64,000 bases of DNA from Ostrea edulis (Eukaryota), in assembly GCF_947568905.1 (NCBI RefSeq), contig NC_079166.1, forward strand, positions 10,478,001 through 10,542,000. Reading direction: 5' to 3'. Of this stretch, positions 52,910 to 64,000 are shown in pieces. Each line of letters starts with the position of its first letter. Position 1 is the first letter of the stretch. The notes under the pieces were generated by a model, which saw only the letters and a list, made by a program, of their open reading frames with translations, was not told where the DNA came from and made no database searches. Position numbers and translations under genes: made by a program.

Positions 52910-55900
52910 TGTTTATGATATAATAATAGCATAATACATTTAAAGATTATTTCCCAGTTTGAATTTCCCGCGATATTTCATGTGTGTATTGAACTATTCC
53001 CAGAATGCACTGTATTTTGTTTGACTGCCATCTTTATTAAACTTGTTAGACTGTTCACACGTGTTTCTCGATCTCCCGCACTAAACATGGTGTCAGAAGA
53101 CTTAACACAGTAAGGAAACGCCTAGAGACTGTAAGTGTTTTTCAGGTGACATTTCCGATATTCTGAACCATTATGCCTAAATTCAACCCGCCAGAATCGT
53201 TCGACTTTAGCCGACCAAGCGAGTGGCCGGAGTGGAAACAACGATTTTGCAGGTACCGAACCGCCACGAAACTTGACAAGGAGGATGAAGCCATCCAAAT
53301 TAGTTCATTGATATATGCCATGGGACTGCAGGCGGAACACATAGTTAAGTCTTTCGTATTTGGTGACGGGGAAGATGAGACAAAGTTCGAGGTAATTCTG
53401 AAGAAGTACGATGACTATTTTGTACCCAAACGTAACGTGATTCACGAAAGGGCCAAATTCCACCTGAGATCGCAAGCTCAAGGAGAATCAGTCGAAACTT
53501 TTATTCGTTCACTGCATGAACTCTCAGAACATTGTGATTTTGCTAACAGATCCGAGGCAATCCGAGATAGACTTGTTATTGGCATCAACGACAAAGGACT
53601 ATCAGAGAAACTGCAGCTAACCAAGGATTTGACTCTTGAGAAAGCGTCAGAAATGGCCAGGAATTCTGAATTAGTGAAATCTCAAATTAGAGATCTACAA
53701 TCCAAAAATTTGGATGCGGTACGGGTGAAACGTCATACTCAAGATCCGCCACACCAAGTAAATCGTGGAAGAGGTGCGCAACGGACTCGCGGTGGACAGT
53801 CTAGTCGCGGCAGAGGATCTAATAATCAGAACCGACAGAATGCGAATTTACCGTTGTGTGGAGCGTGCAATTGTAAACATTACGAGGGTCAGTGCCCAGC
53901 TCATGGACGGCGATGCAGAAAGTGCAACCGTAGGAATCATTTCGCAGTGTGCTGTCGTTCCAACACTGTTGCCGGTGTTCGTGAAATTGTCGACGACGAC
54001 AATGATCATCATGACTACTTTCTAGGTTCAGTGACCGCGTGCAACGAGGGAGAACCGTGGTTTGTTAAACTTAAAGTTTGTGGTTCAGAGATTCCGTTCA
54101 AGATTGATACTGGTGCTGACATTTCCATCATGTCAGAATACACGTACAAATCGCTACCATTTCAACCAAAATTACATGTGAACAACAGCAAACTACAAAC
54201 GCCAAACGGTGATCTTCACTCACTTGGAAAATTCAAGGTTACTACTCGACATAAGAATCATCCTTATTCATTTCACGTAGTTGTGATTCCAAGCACCGAC
54301 TCTCAGAATAATCTTCTATCAAGATCAGTTGCGTCTACCATGGGTCTCATTCAGAAGATAGGAAGTGTCATAGAACATCACGGTACTATGAAAGGTGACC
54401 CAGTGAAAATTGTTCTCCGATCTGATGCGCAACAGTATTGTGTTACGACTGCTCGACGAATACCGTTCGCTCTTATGCCGAAAGTGAAAGCAGAACTCGA
54501 CAAACTAGAAAATGATGGTATCATTCGTAAAATTAATGAACCTACTGACTGGTGTGCACCAACGGTTCCAGCAACAAAGAAAAACGGTGATGTGCGTATT
54601 TGCATCGATCTGAAGCGTCTTAACGAAGCCGTTAAACGTGAGTACTACATGCTACCGAATCTGGACGATATCTCTCCGAAATTAAGCGAAGCGACCATAT
54701 TCTCTAAATTGGATGCAGCATCAGGATTTCATCAACTTAAACTGCACGAGGACAGTCAAAAATTGACTACATTTATTACTCCTTTTGGAAGGTACTGTTA
54801 CACGCGCGTACCGTTCGGAATCTCGTCAGCACCCGAGATATTCCAAAGGCGCATGGGAGAAGTACTATCTGGGTTGGAAGGCGTAGAGTCGATAATAGAT
54901 GACGTCATCATCTATGGATCTTCACGCAATGAACACGACCGCAGATTAAAAGCAGCATTGGATCGTATTAGAGATGCAGGGATCAAACTAAATCCCAACA
55001 AGTGCGAATATCGAAAGGAGAAAATTGAATATTTTGGACACATCATCTCGAAAGATGGTGTTCAACCTAGTCCAGAACGTGTGCGCTCTATTCTGGATTT
55101 GCCACCACCGACTAACATCAGTGAGTTGCGTCGTATTATCGGGATGATCAATTATCTTGGTCGATTTGTTCCTGATCTATCCAGTATCATGAACCCTATC
55201 AATAATCTGTTAAAATCAGACACAGCGTGGACTTGGGATGAATCTCAGCAAAGTGCGTTTGACCGTGTGAAGAAACTCATTACAGAAGCGCCAGTACTTG
55301 CATTTTACGATATGACTCGACCCACTATCGTTAGTGCGGATGCAAGTAGTTTCGGTATCGGTGCAGCGCTATTTCAAGTTGTGGATGGAGAGACTAAAAC
55401 CAATCGCATTTGCGTCTCGCACACTTACCGAGGCAGAGCGTAAATATGCGCAAATTGAGAAGGAATGTTTGGCCGGAGTGTGGGCATGCGAGAAATTCGA
55501 CCGATACCTCATGGGAATTGGATCATTCGAACTGATTACGGACCATAAGCCGTTAGTACCGCTGATTAATACTCAAGATCTCAATAAAGCGCCATTGAGA
55601 TGCCAGAGATTACTGATGAGATTACGTAGGTACAATGTCGTAGCGAAACATGTTCCAGGAAAACAGCTCGTGGTTCCGGATACGCTTTCGAGAAGTCCTC
55701 TCAATATCAGTGATCAAAGCAATACTGTTGAAGATGTTACCGCATACGTAGCGTCCGTGGTCAATACGAAACCATTATCAGATAAGAAATTGGAAGAAAT
55801 TTGTAACGAAACATCCTCAGATCCGATTCTACCTGACAGTTCAGTTCGAAATCATTCAGACAGTTTTCGATTGATTATGGATTTCATCATACATTCTCCA

Positions 55901-57082
55901 GTCCTCATTATCCTCAAGCAAATGGAGAGGCAGAGAGTGTGGTTAAAGTAGCCAAACGAATACTCAAACAGCCGGATGTATTTCTAGCCCTAATGGCTTA
56001 CCGCAGTACCCCCGTACATGCGACAGGTACTAGTCCATCTGAACTCATCATGGGACGTAAAATCAGAACTACCGTTCCGATTGGTTCTGACCAACTAGAG
56101 CCTGGATGGCCGGACCTAGGAAAAGTTAGGGAAAAGGACAGACAATCCAAACACAGGATGCGTGTAAACTTCAATCGTATGCATGGAGCTCGCATTTTAA
56201 AACCACTTTACGTAGGTGACCGTGTTAGGGTGAAAACTGATAAAGAAAAGTCTTGGGATGAGGCAGGAATCGTCACATCTGCTGATTACGCGAACCGCTC
56301 ATACTTTGTGAAAACTCTCAGTGGAGACCTCAGGAGAAATCGTAAGCACTTGCTTCATGTCAATGATGAAATGCAAGATTCATCTGTGCCAAGTGATTTT
56401 CAGTGTTCTTCCGCTATGGAACCGGAACCGGAAATTCCGATGGGGAACCAGAATTCAGAGGAATCGCTGTGTACCGAAACAACCACACCACTTACCAATG
56501 AAACTCCGAGTGTACCTGTTACGAACATTCCACAGAGTAGCACTCCACCAGCTACCGTAAGGCGTAGTGGTCGCGAAATAAAACGCCCCAAATACCTAAG
56601 TGACTATTTGCTGTGAATTTATTCATAAGTCATGTCAGACATTTTGAACAGTTTTGCTATTTTGCTATTCATTTACTTTAATGTACATGGTATTCATTTT
56701 TGCACATTTCACTGGAAGTGAATAGAGACATTACACAGTTGTATGTAATTATGTTATAAAGACAGTCAACTCTAATCATTATATAAAGATATTTTGATAC
56801 ATTGAAAAATTCAATTCCTATGTACTGTACATCTATTTTTGCTTCAACTATTCCTAATTTTGGTAAAGATAAATTTTTGAGATTTATAATCTTAAGGAAG
56901 GAGATGTTTATAATATATTAATAGCATAATACATTTAAAGATTATTTCCCAGTTTGAATTTCCCGCGATATTTCATGTGTGTATTGAACTATTCCCAGAA
57001 TGCACTGTATTTTGTTTGACTGCCATCTTTATTAAACTTGTTAGACTGTTCACACGTGTTTCTCGATCTCCCGCACTAAACA
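52910..57082 (+). mobile_element. Ty3/Gypsy LTR retrotransposon (Mag-like), both LTRs present, internally defective
   Basis: 178-bp TG...CA LTRs at 52910-53087 and 56905-57082 (2 mismatches seen). TSD ATGAA. PBS TGGTGTCAGAAG (53088). PPT AAGGAAGGAGA. Confidence 0.97.
53173..56616 (+). pseudogene. Gypsy gag-pol: gag with CCHC knuckle, protease, RT, RNase H, partial integrase
   Basis: CRKCNRRNHFAVC; FKIDTGAD; RT IIDDVIIYG; RNase H ADASS...YAQIEKE. Frameshift near 55390 (GAGAGA). The integrase HHCC and first catalytic residues are missing at about 55830, resuming at QFSS...[13 protein letters not shown]. Confidence 0.92.
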
Positions 57083-58456
57083 ATGAACAAGGGAAGCAGA
57101 AATTGCAAAGAGGACGGGAAGACACACTCAGAATCCACCGTTTGATATACTACATACAAATACACAATATCCACATGTATACATAGATTTGACTTTAGAG
57201 CAAAAAATACTGAAACGTGTATTTATGCCGAACTGTAACCCTCCGTTCTGAAATTTATGGATCCGAAACTAATTGCACAGGATATTCAATCAACTTCGGA
57301 TATGAACTTTGTGCTTATTCACCCTCTTCCAACTTTTAAAACTTTGTATCTGTCAAGCCGAAGGCTTACCACAATGGGGAGGCAAATTTTATTTATATGT
57401 AATAACTTTAACAGGGGCTTAAGATACCATTTTTAATTATTATAATTAATAGAGTTCGGTTATACACCATTTTTAATTATTATAATCAATAGAGTTCGGT
57501 TATACAATCTGTTTCGTTTCGTTTCGATGGGCTTCGTCTCGTTTCGGTGGGTTACGTTTCGGTAGATTTCGTTTCGTTTCGCACTTTACAGGTACCCGAT
57601 GTAGGTCGAACCCGTTCTAAGTTTCCCACTGTGCGATGTTTTGCTCTTGTGACGTAAAAAATCGCTCTGGCACACGGCACTTAATCCTGTTTTCTGCTGC
57701 CTATTACATAGCGATCTCTTATATATGTGGCCACAAATTATCGGAGTTTCGGACTCTCGGACCGTCGGACTACCGTACCGTCGGAGTGTCGGACTATCTA
57801 ACCATCGGACCGTCGGAATACTGGGCGGTCACCATTGATATCGGTACGATATCATGTTTGGTTTGTTGATATCGTATTTACATCGTGTCTTGGACAACAC
57901 TCTTTAATGTATGAACCGTTGTAATAAATTTACCATATGATATGCGTAACCACGCCACTCTTTTTAGATTATTGTCCGATCGTTCAGATTTCAACACATT
58001 CACTTTACCCCGAATTTCCTCATCAAGCTTTAGAATACGATTAAGGTTATTAGCACATAATTTACAAGCGTAACCACTGCTGTTGATGCGAATTTCATTT
58101 TATAAATACTGATAAACGTTCCTTGCTTCCGTAAACAGGGATCTGTAGCCTTTTTTTGTCCGTTATTACTTGTAAACAAATGCTGCACGTTTTAGTTGTG
58201 GGCGTAGTCATTAAAATATCGGAAATCTGTTATTGTGACTGTGATTAGTCAAAACAAGTAATGTGCCATTTCATAAATATTTATAAAAATCAAGGGTTCC
58301 GCTGATCATGCAGCCACGGATTGAGGTAGGGTAGGTACTACCGGACTCACTAACCGTGACTAGCGATGATGCATCGACAATCAATACTACTTTTATCATT
58401 TTATCACCACGTGTTTTAAAAACACTTGACTGCAATTTTGAAAATGAACTGTAGCG

Positions 58457-58510
58457 TGCAAGGTGAAGATAACGAACAGTGATCAATCTCATAACTCCTA
58501 TAAGCAATAC
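58457..58510 (-). mobile_element. Penelope-like 3' end fragment
   Basis: GCAAGGTGAAGATAACGAACAGTGATCAATCTCATAACTCCTATAAGCAATAC. Confidence 0.65.
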
Positions 58511-59145
58511 AGTCTGTTTAATGCCTAGGTCACACATTCACGGTTTGGACGCCGGATTGCTATGGATACGATCCGGGATCCTTCGTGGCAATCTGTATTG
58601 TTCCGTGGCTTTCCGTATTATGGCTGTAGTTGTACATAGTACATGTAGTACTTGTATATCCATGACAAATTTTGAACATGTTCCAAATTTTACCACGGAA
58701 CAAACATCCGTAGTACATCCGTATTGATCCGTTTTAGTCCGTATTAAAACCGTATCTATTCGTAGATCCGGTGTCGCCAAGAATTCGTACGGTTATTTAC
58801 GGTGAACTACGTACTAGTACGGTCAAACCATGTATTGGCTAAGGGTTTATTACGAATTTGTCGCGGAACAGCACGAAACCATTGCGTTGCATTGCGGATA
58901 GGTAGAGATCAACAAGGTTTCCCGAGGTCTTTGACGGTTGACAACGTAACGTCACGACAAAATACGGAATATCACAGCTCACAACTGTGTATTACGAAGA
59001 AATACCACTATATGTGCTAAAGAGGGATAGTCATAAGATTGGCACCAAACTGTAACCAAATTGACACTAGGGTTATGTATAAATACTCCCTGTTAAATGT
59101 AGTCTGCATCTTGCCCTAGGTGTACATGTACAAATATTATCCAAC

Positions 59146-60400
59146 ATGAACAATCAACAAATGGTGCTTGTTATCAATTGGCTGAAACTGGATATTGATG
59201 TGGTACAAAATATTAGGGCTATGATCGAGCTTGTTGAGGACAGAATTGGAGGTGATCGGTGGCAGAGGAGATGGTGGACTAGGGACTGGATTCTTCGAAG
59301 GCCCATCCATGGCCAATATGAGGCTCTCATGGCTGAACTTTGTGAGGAAAATCCAGCTGCATTTAAGAATTTTGTATGAAAAGATCCACATATGCTTCAA
59401 GAACTTCTACAAGTTATTGGTCCGAAAATTACGAAGAATACCACCTGGTATAGACAACCAATGAATTATGGATTGAGGCTAGCCATCACCCTAAGATATT
59501 TGGCTACGGGACACAGCTACTACACATTTATATATGGTTTCCGGGTAGCGCACAATACCATCTGTGGTATTCGAGATGTATGTGAAGCCAGAGTTTCAGC
59601 GTATTCTGAGGATGTTACCCAGCCTCGTACTGAACCTGAACAGTCACAGGCTATAGTAGAACAGTTTACAGCGATATGGAAGTTTCCTCATACACTGAGT
59701 GCTCTAGATGGCAAACACTTAGCAATTCGGTGTTCTCAAAACTGAGGATCCCTGTACCACAGTTATAAAGGATATCATTCAGTGGTGCTGATGGCCCTTG
59801 TCGACGCAGATTACAAATTCCGATGGGTTAATATTGGTGCTCAATTTGGATGTTCTGATGCTCAGATTTGGAACCAGAGTGAGTTGAAAAAGGCCATTTA
59901 AAGGAGGTTGATTAGCATGCCAACAGCCACCCCGGTTCCCGGTGATGACAAACCAATGGGCTATTATATCATCGCAGATGACGCATTTGGCATGAAAACC
60001 TGGCTCATGAAGTCTTTCTTCAGACGCGGTATTGCCTATGACGAGAGGATTTTCAACTACCGCTTATCGAGGGCTAGAAGAGTTGTCGATAATACCTTTG
60101 GTATTCTTGCAAATCGATTCAGATGTTTGTTGTCAATAGTGAGCCAAAAGCCAGATACAGTGCACGTCATAGTTCTCGCCTATGTTTGCCTTCATAACAT
60201 AATGAGTCAGATATCCTGGTGATCAGAACTCTCCAATGGACTAAGAAGACGATGAACACCAAATTATTCTTGGAGCATGGAGAGATGGTGTCATCATGGA
60301 TGGTATGCAAATTCCCAGGGGCCGTAATATGGACACCTTCGACGCAAAACAACAGAGATTATTATCTAAAACATTACGTAAATTCTCCTGTTCGATCTGG
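59146..60400 (+). pseudogene. Harbinger DDE transposase (HARBI1/DDE_Tnp_4-like) with in-frame stops
   Basis: RLAITLRYLATG, ALDGKHLAIRC, IADDAF, FNYRLSRARRVVDNTFGILANRFRCL. ORFs at 59146, 59392 and 59908 share one frame. Confidence 0.9.
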
Positions 60401-60814
60401 CAGAATAAAATAGTATGGAGGATTATCCTTCAGAATTGTTGTTTGTTGGTTATTAACTATTGTATCTCATTTAATATTACACTGAAGACTTTCTGGTTGC
60501 TTGTCTTTATTTACATATGATGGAATGTAGAAGCAATTCATATGAGCAGATTGGGGCCCGTCTGTACTTTGTCATACTTTTGTATGGTCAAATCACAAGG
60601 TCAAGCTGCGAAATTCAAATCTAATATTGAAAAAAAAAAACGTTTGAAAATGATAAAAGAATAACTAGCTCCATTCCCGTAACTAAAGGAATTTTGCCCA
60701 CTTAAGCATACTTATTTGACCATCTTTAGAAATATTGACTACATTTTACACCGCGACCTGTTAAATCGATTTGTAGTAATACCACTACAAACCACTTAAT
60801 TATGGTTTACCTAC

Positions 60815-61150
60815 ATTCGCAGATGCCAAGTTCTTCTGCTTTTTCTTTCCATAGGTCAGTTTTTATCTTTGTTAGTGTATAATCAGCTTGTCCGTTGTCG
60901 TATAGGAGTTCATGTTCTTGGAACCATTGTGCAACATCATCCTGCTTCTGGGAAAATTAAATGTAGTGGTTCCTGGCGTGACTTTCTAGTATCTTTTTTT
61001 ATTAACAGGTACCTCTTATTCAGAGGAGGTACTAGACGAACCCAAGTCTCTGTCAATGCTAGAACGTGCCTCATCACGCACATTTTGATTTTCCTTGGCC
61101 CTCGTTCCAGTGGGTGGATATTTAAGAGATATTCTCTTTTTTGGCGCCAT
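60815..61150 (-). pseudogene. Harbinger second gene, MADF/Myb-like DNA-binding protein, degenerate
   Basis: Minus strand: MAPKKRIS...QDDVAQWFQEHELLYDNGQADYTLTKIKTDLWKEKAEELGICE, followed by a donor GTAGGT. Contains stops. Confidence 0.7.
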
Positions 61151-62087
61151 CTTGAATGTAAACGAGCACGAGCGAATGCATGTACGAATTGCTTACCTGA
61201 TTCTGCTCGTGGGCACTCCGCAGTGATTCGTAGTATCCCGTATCAGACCGTTCTTATTCGTTCTAACCCTCACTTATGCCATAACAGATCATAGTTCGCC
61301 CGTAGTGTGCACGCCCTGGTATGTGCCGTTCTGTATTAAACCGTGTTATTTCCGTATCAAATCGTGGAGTTCCGTATCAAACCCTAACTAACCGTAGCAC
61401 TCATGTTGCCAATTAACCCTCTTCCTACATTTTCCTTGGTAGATACGTCACAAACCACAGTCCAATCGTTTCGTATCCGTATCAGGTCCGTACCGGACTA
61501 CGCAAATCGGCATTTCCGGGATCATCCGTAAGATTTAATCCCTAGTGAAACGGCAAGGCAAACCATGAATGTGTGACCTAGACATATCATATAAAACACA
61601 AACACCATATATTTTTCGAACTTTAGTTTTATTTCACTATTGAATTTGGTCTGCGTAGCGCCACTTATGGTAGTAAGTAGTCATTAGGCAATATCATTTC
61701 GTATTCCGACAATTGTAACGGGACAAATAGGCAAAAACTGGCGGCATGCTGACCTGATTGATCAAGTTTTCTTCACATACCCTAGCCCACCTAACCAATG
61801 AAATCTGATGCAGGGATAGATATAGCGTCCGATTCCGATTCTTATCTAAAAGAAAACAAGAAACATTGATGCAAGCCGGAAAGATTATGGGAATTGTAAG
61901 GAATAAGGTTAGAAAAGGTGTTCCAAAGAATTCCTTTGTTTAAAAGCGCTTGATAAATACAACGCGAAGGCTGGCAAAACTTGGAGAAATTTCGATCAAA
62001 TCAACTGAGTGAAAGAATCGTTAATTATACGAAGTGACTATTTATTGGTAGCTCAATAATGCAACTTATATCAAAATTTGAACTTAA

Positions 62088-62597
62088 AGGGACTGGTTCA
62101 CGTTTTTCGAAAGAACTAGTTTTCATTCTTTATGTTAAAAATTAAAAATATAACTCATTTAATGTTGACAACCAAAATTTTGACCATCTGAATGCAAGGT
62201 TAGTAGCAATGTTTTAGCTTTTATTCAGTGTTATGTAAACAAAGACTCGAGTCTTTTTATGCAAAGAAACAAACCAGTGAAACGTTAATTTTGTAATTCA
62301 AAGCATCTTCATTTTGTACAATCACAACTTTTAAGCTTTAAATGATATATTTTACCTAAGGTATACTTGAGATGTGATGCATATAATAAACTTAGATCAA
62401 TATCCATTTATTTTGAAAACTTCGTAAACAATAACACACCTTTGTTTTCAAAACAAATAATAAACTCTCTCAAATGAATTTCTGTCATGATGCATGGCCT
62501 TAATTTTTTTGTGAAACCCTCTAAACATACTACACTAGAGATTTTGATCATTTAAAGTATAAAACAAAATTTGGGGGAAAATCGTGAATCAGTCCCT
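62088..62597. mobile_element. Non-autonomous Kolobok-like DNA transposon (510 bp)
   Basis: TIR AGGGACTGGTTCACGTTTTT / AGGGACTGATTCACGATTTT; TTAA on both sides. Confidence 0.85.
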
Positions 62598-63199
62598 TTA
62601 ATATGCAATACCAAAGTCAACAGCAGGCTATACACAATTTACGCTTGTCCGATGGGTCAACACAATGATACGTTTGCCCGATCAATCGATATAATTTGCC
62701 TCAACTAAATATATTTTCTTTCCTGTGGCGTTGCACGTGAAAATGTCTGATCTTTGCAGTTTCCATAAAGTCACGTGGTAAAAATTCTTGTGTTTGAAAG
62801 TCCTCTAAGTAGGAAACATTTTTCAGAAGGCAACGTGAGTTATTTCCCCTTCAATACAAGGGCGCACAACGTGTTGCGGTTCTCAATCCATAGCGTCAAT
62901 ATATAGATTTAATATATCTTATTGTAATTCAGTGCCAGTTAAGGGATTTTTCTGTAATGAATGAGAAATGAAATGACTGCGAAATAATAGTAGTCTCTGA
63001 TTTTATGTATGTGTCCTTTGTGACTTTTTCCGCATGCAATGTTGGATCATGATGTAACAAAATCTGTAAATATTAGTCCTTTACTACTTTTACGGATCAA
63101 GATATCTTTAGCATATAATTAATCCTTCAATGTTAACTTTATTAAACTTTTTGGACGTTCAAAACACAATTAGATAGCAGAAATTATATGTGCAACCAA

Positions 63200-63322
63200 A
63201 GCATGTACATGTTACGTTGACGGATTCAGGGGTACGTACGGACGTTGTAACACACGTGCATGCCTATGTTACTTTGACGGATTCAGGGGTACGTACGGAC
63301 GTTGTAACACACGTGCATGCCT
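63200..63322. repeat. 57-bp tandem duplication (2 copies)
   Basis: TGTTACGTTGACGGATTCAGGGGTACGTACGGACGTTGTAACACACGTGCATGCC, twice. Confidence 0.9.
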
Positions 63323-63639
63323 TTGGTTTTAAAAAAAAGTACAAGAGAAATATAGAGAGTGATATATATCAGAGTATGGTATTTATATATATCTAAATCT
63401 AAATGGGGGGGGGGGGGGGGGACTCTGTAAGCTTATGTCATCTGACATCGATTTTCATCATTCATCGGTTTTAAAGGGGAAGGGTGTTTATGAAAACTAT
63501 GTGAATTTAATAGTTTTGTCAGACATTCAATATTTGATCATATCGATCCCTTAGCTATAAATCCTGCAAATTCGTTTGTCATTTCAAATTCTTTCTAAAG
63601 TGTTTTTTATAGCAAGCCTTTTTACTATTTATTGGTAAT

Positions 63640-63960
63640 ATAAGATATCTCTTTAAAGAAAAGAGATATCTATTCACACTAGAGACATATCTCTATTGGT
63701 TATAGAGATATCTCTGAAAGTTAGAGAGATGTCTATTTACGCTAGGGAGATATCTCTTTAAACAAAAGAGATATCTCTTTAAACAAAAGAGATATCCCTT
63801 TACGCTAGAGAGATTTCTCTTTCTCTTTGAGAGATATCTCTTAAAGCTATATCTCTCAAAGAGAAAGCGACATCTCTCTATTCTAAAGCGATATATCTCT
63901 ATCAATGTAAAAGAGACTCTTTAAGTTTTAAATTCTCAAAAAGAGATATCTCTTTAACTT
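63640..63960. repeat. Degenerate repeat of about 21-22 bp built on the palindrome AGAGATATCTCT
   Basis: Many AGAGATATCTCT-like cores. Confidence 0.8.
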
Positions 63961-64000
63961 AAAGATCACAATGACTTCTCCATGTTGCATCGCCATTAAT

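Larger units (their letters stand above)
52202..57597. mobile_element. Non-autonomous Mutator (MULE)-like DNA transposon interrupted by a Gypsy
   Basis: TIR GGGTACCTGTAAAGTGCGAAACGAAACGAAATCTACCGAAACG, with further subterminal similarity. 9-bp TSD GATGTAGGT (52193-52201, 57598-57606). Confidence 0.85.
50514..57833. mobile_element. Putative outer DNA transposon defined by inverted termini built of short TCCGACGGTCCGA repeats
   Basis: GCCCAGTATTCCGACGGTCCGAT at 50521 and its reverse complement ending at 57826. No clean TSD found. Confidence 0.45.
58522..61584. mobile_element. Degenerate PIF/Harbinger DNA transposon
   Basis: TIR TGCCTAGGTCACACATTCACGGTTTG / TGTCTAGGTCACACATTCATGGTTTG (reverse complement of right end). 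Flanks TAA and TAT (imperfect TSD). Transposase and MADF-like genes inside. Confidence 0.88.

Overview
AT-rich, intron-containing eukaryotic genomic DNA. The gene families and repeats point to a bivalve, probably an oyster (inference). There are two N-gaps and no prokaryotic features: no CRISPR array, rRNA or intact tRNA. I spliced four host genes by hand from GT-AG sites with consistent phases. (1) A secreted-type protein with His/Ser-rich 16-aa repeats, Cys-rich modules, a Kazal domain and a Thr-rich tail (about 6030-13561, +). (2) A two-exon ORF of unknown family (16700-17892, -). (3) A single-pass membrane protein with a Cys-rich ectodomain, TM helix, nSTAND3-like P-loop NTPase and about 18 ankyrin repeats (25615-33700, +); this is the most interesting object. 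(4) A stefin-type cystatin carrying a signal peptide (45374-46953, +), plus an orphan duplicated exon 3 at 40603-40722. The rest is dense in transposons: a Tx1/L1-like LINE fragment, about 10 Penelope-like 3' fragments, tRNA-derived SINEs, Kolobok-like TTAA MITEs, a Helentron-type HINE, a 519-bp TRIM, a Gypsy nested in a MULE-like element, a decayed Harbinger, a 163-bp-arm palindrome and many minisatellites. All family assignments come from motif recognition; no searches were run.
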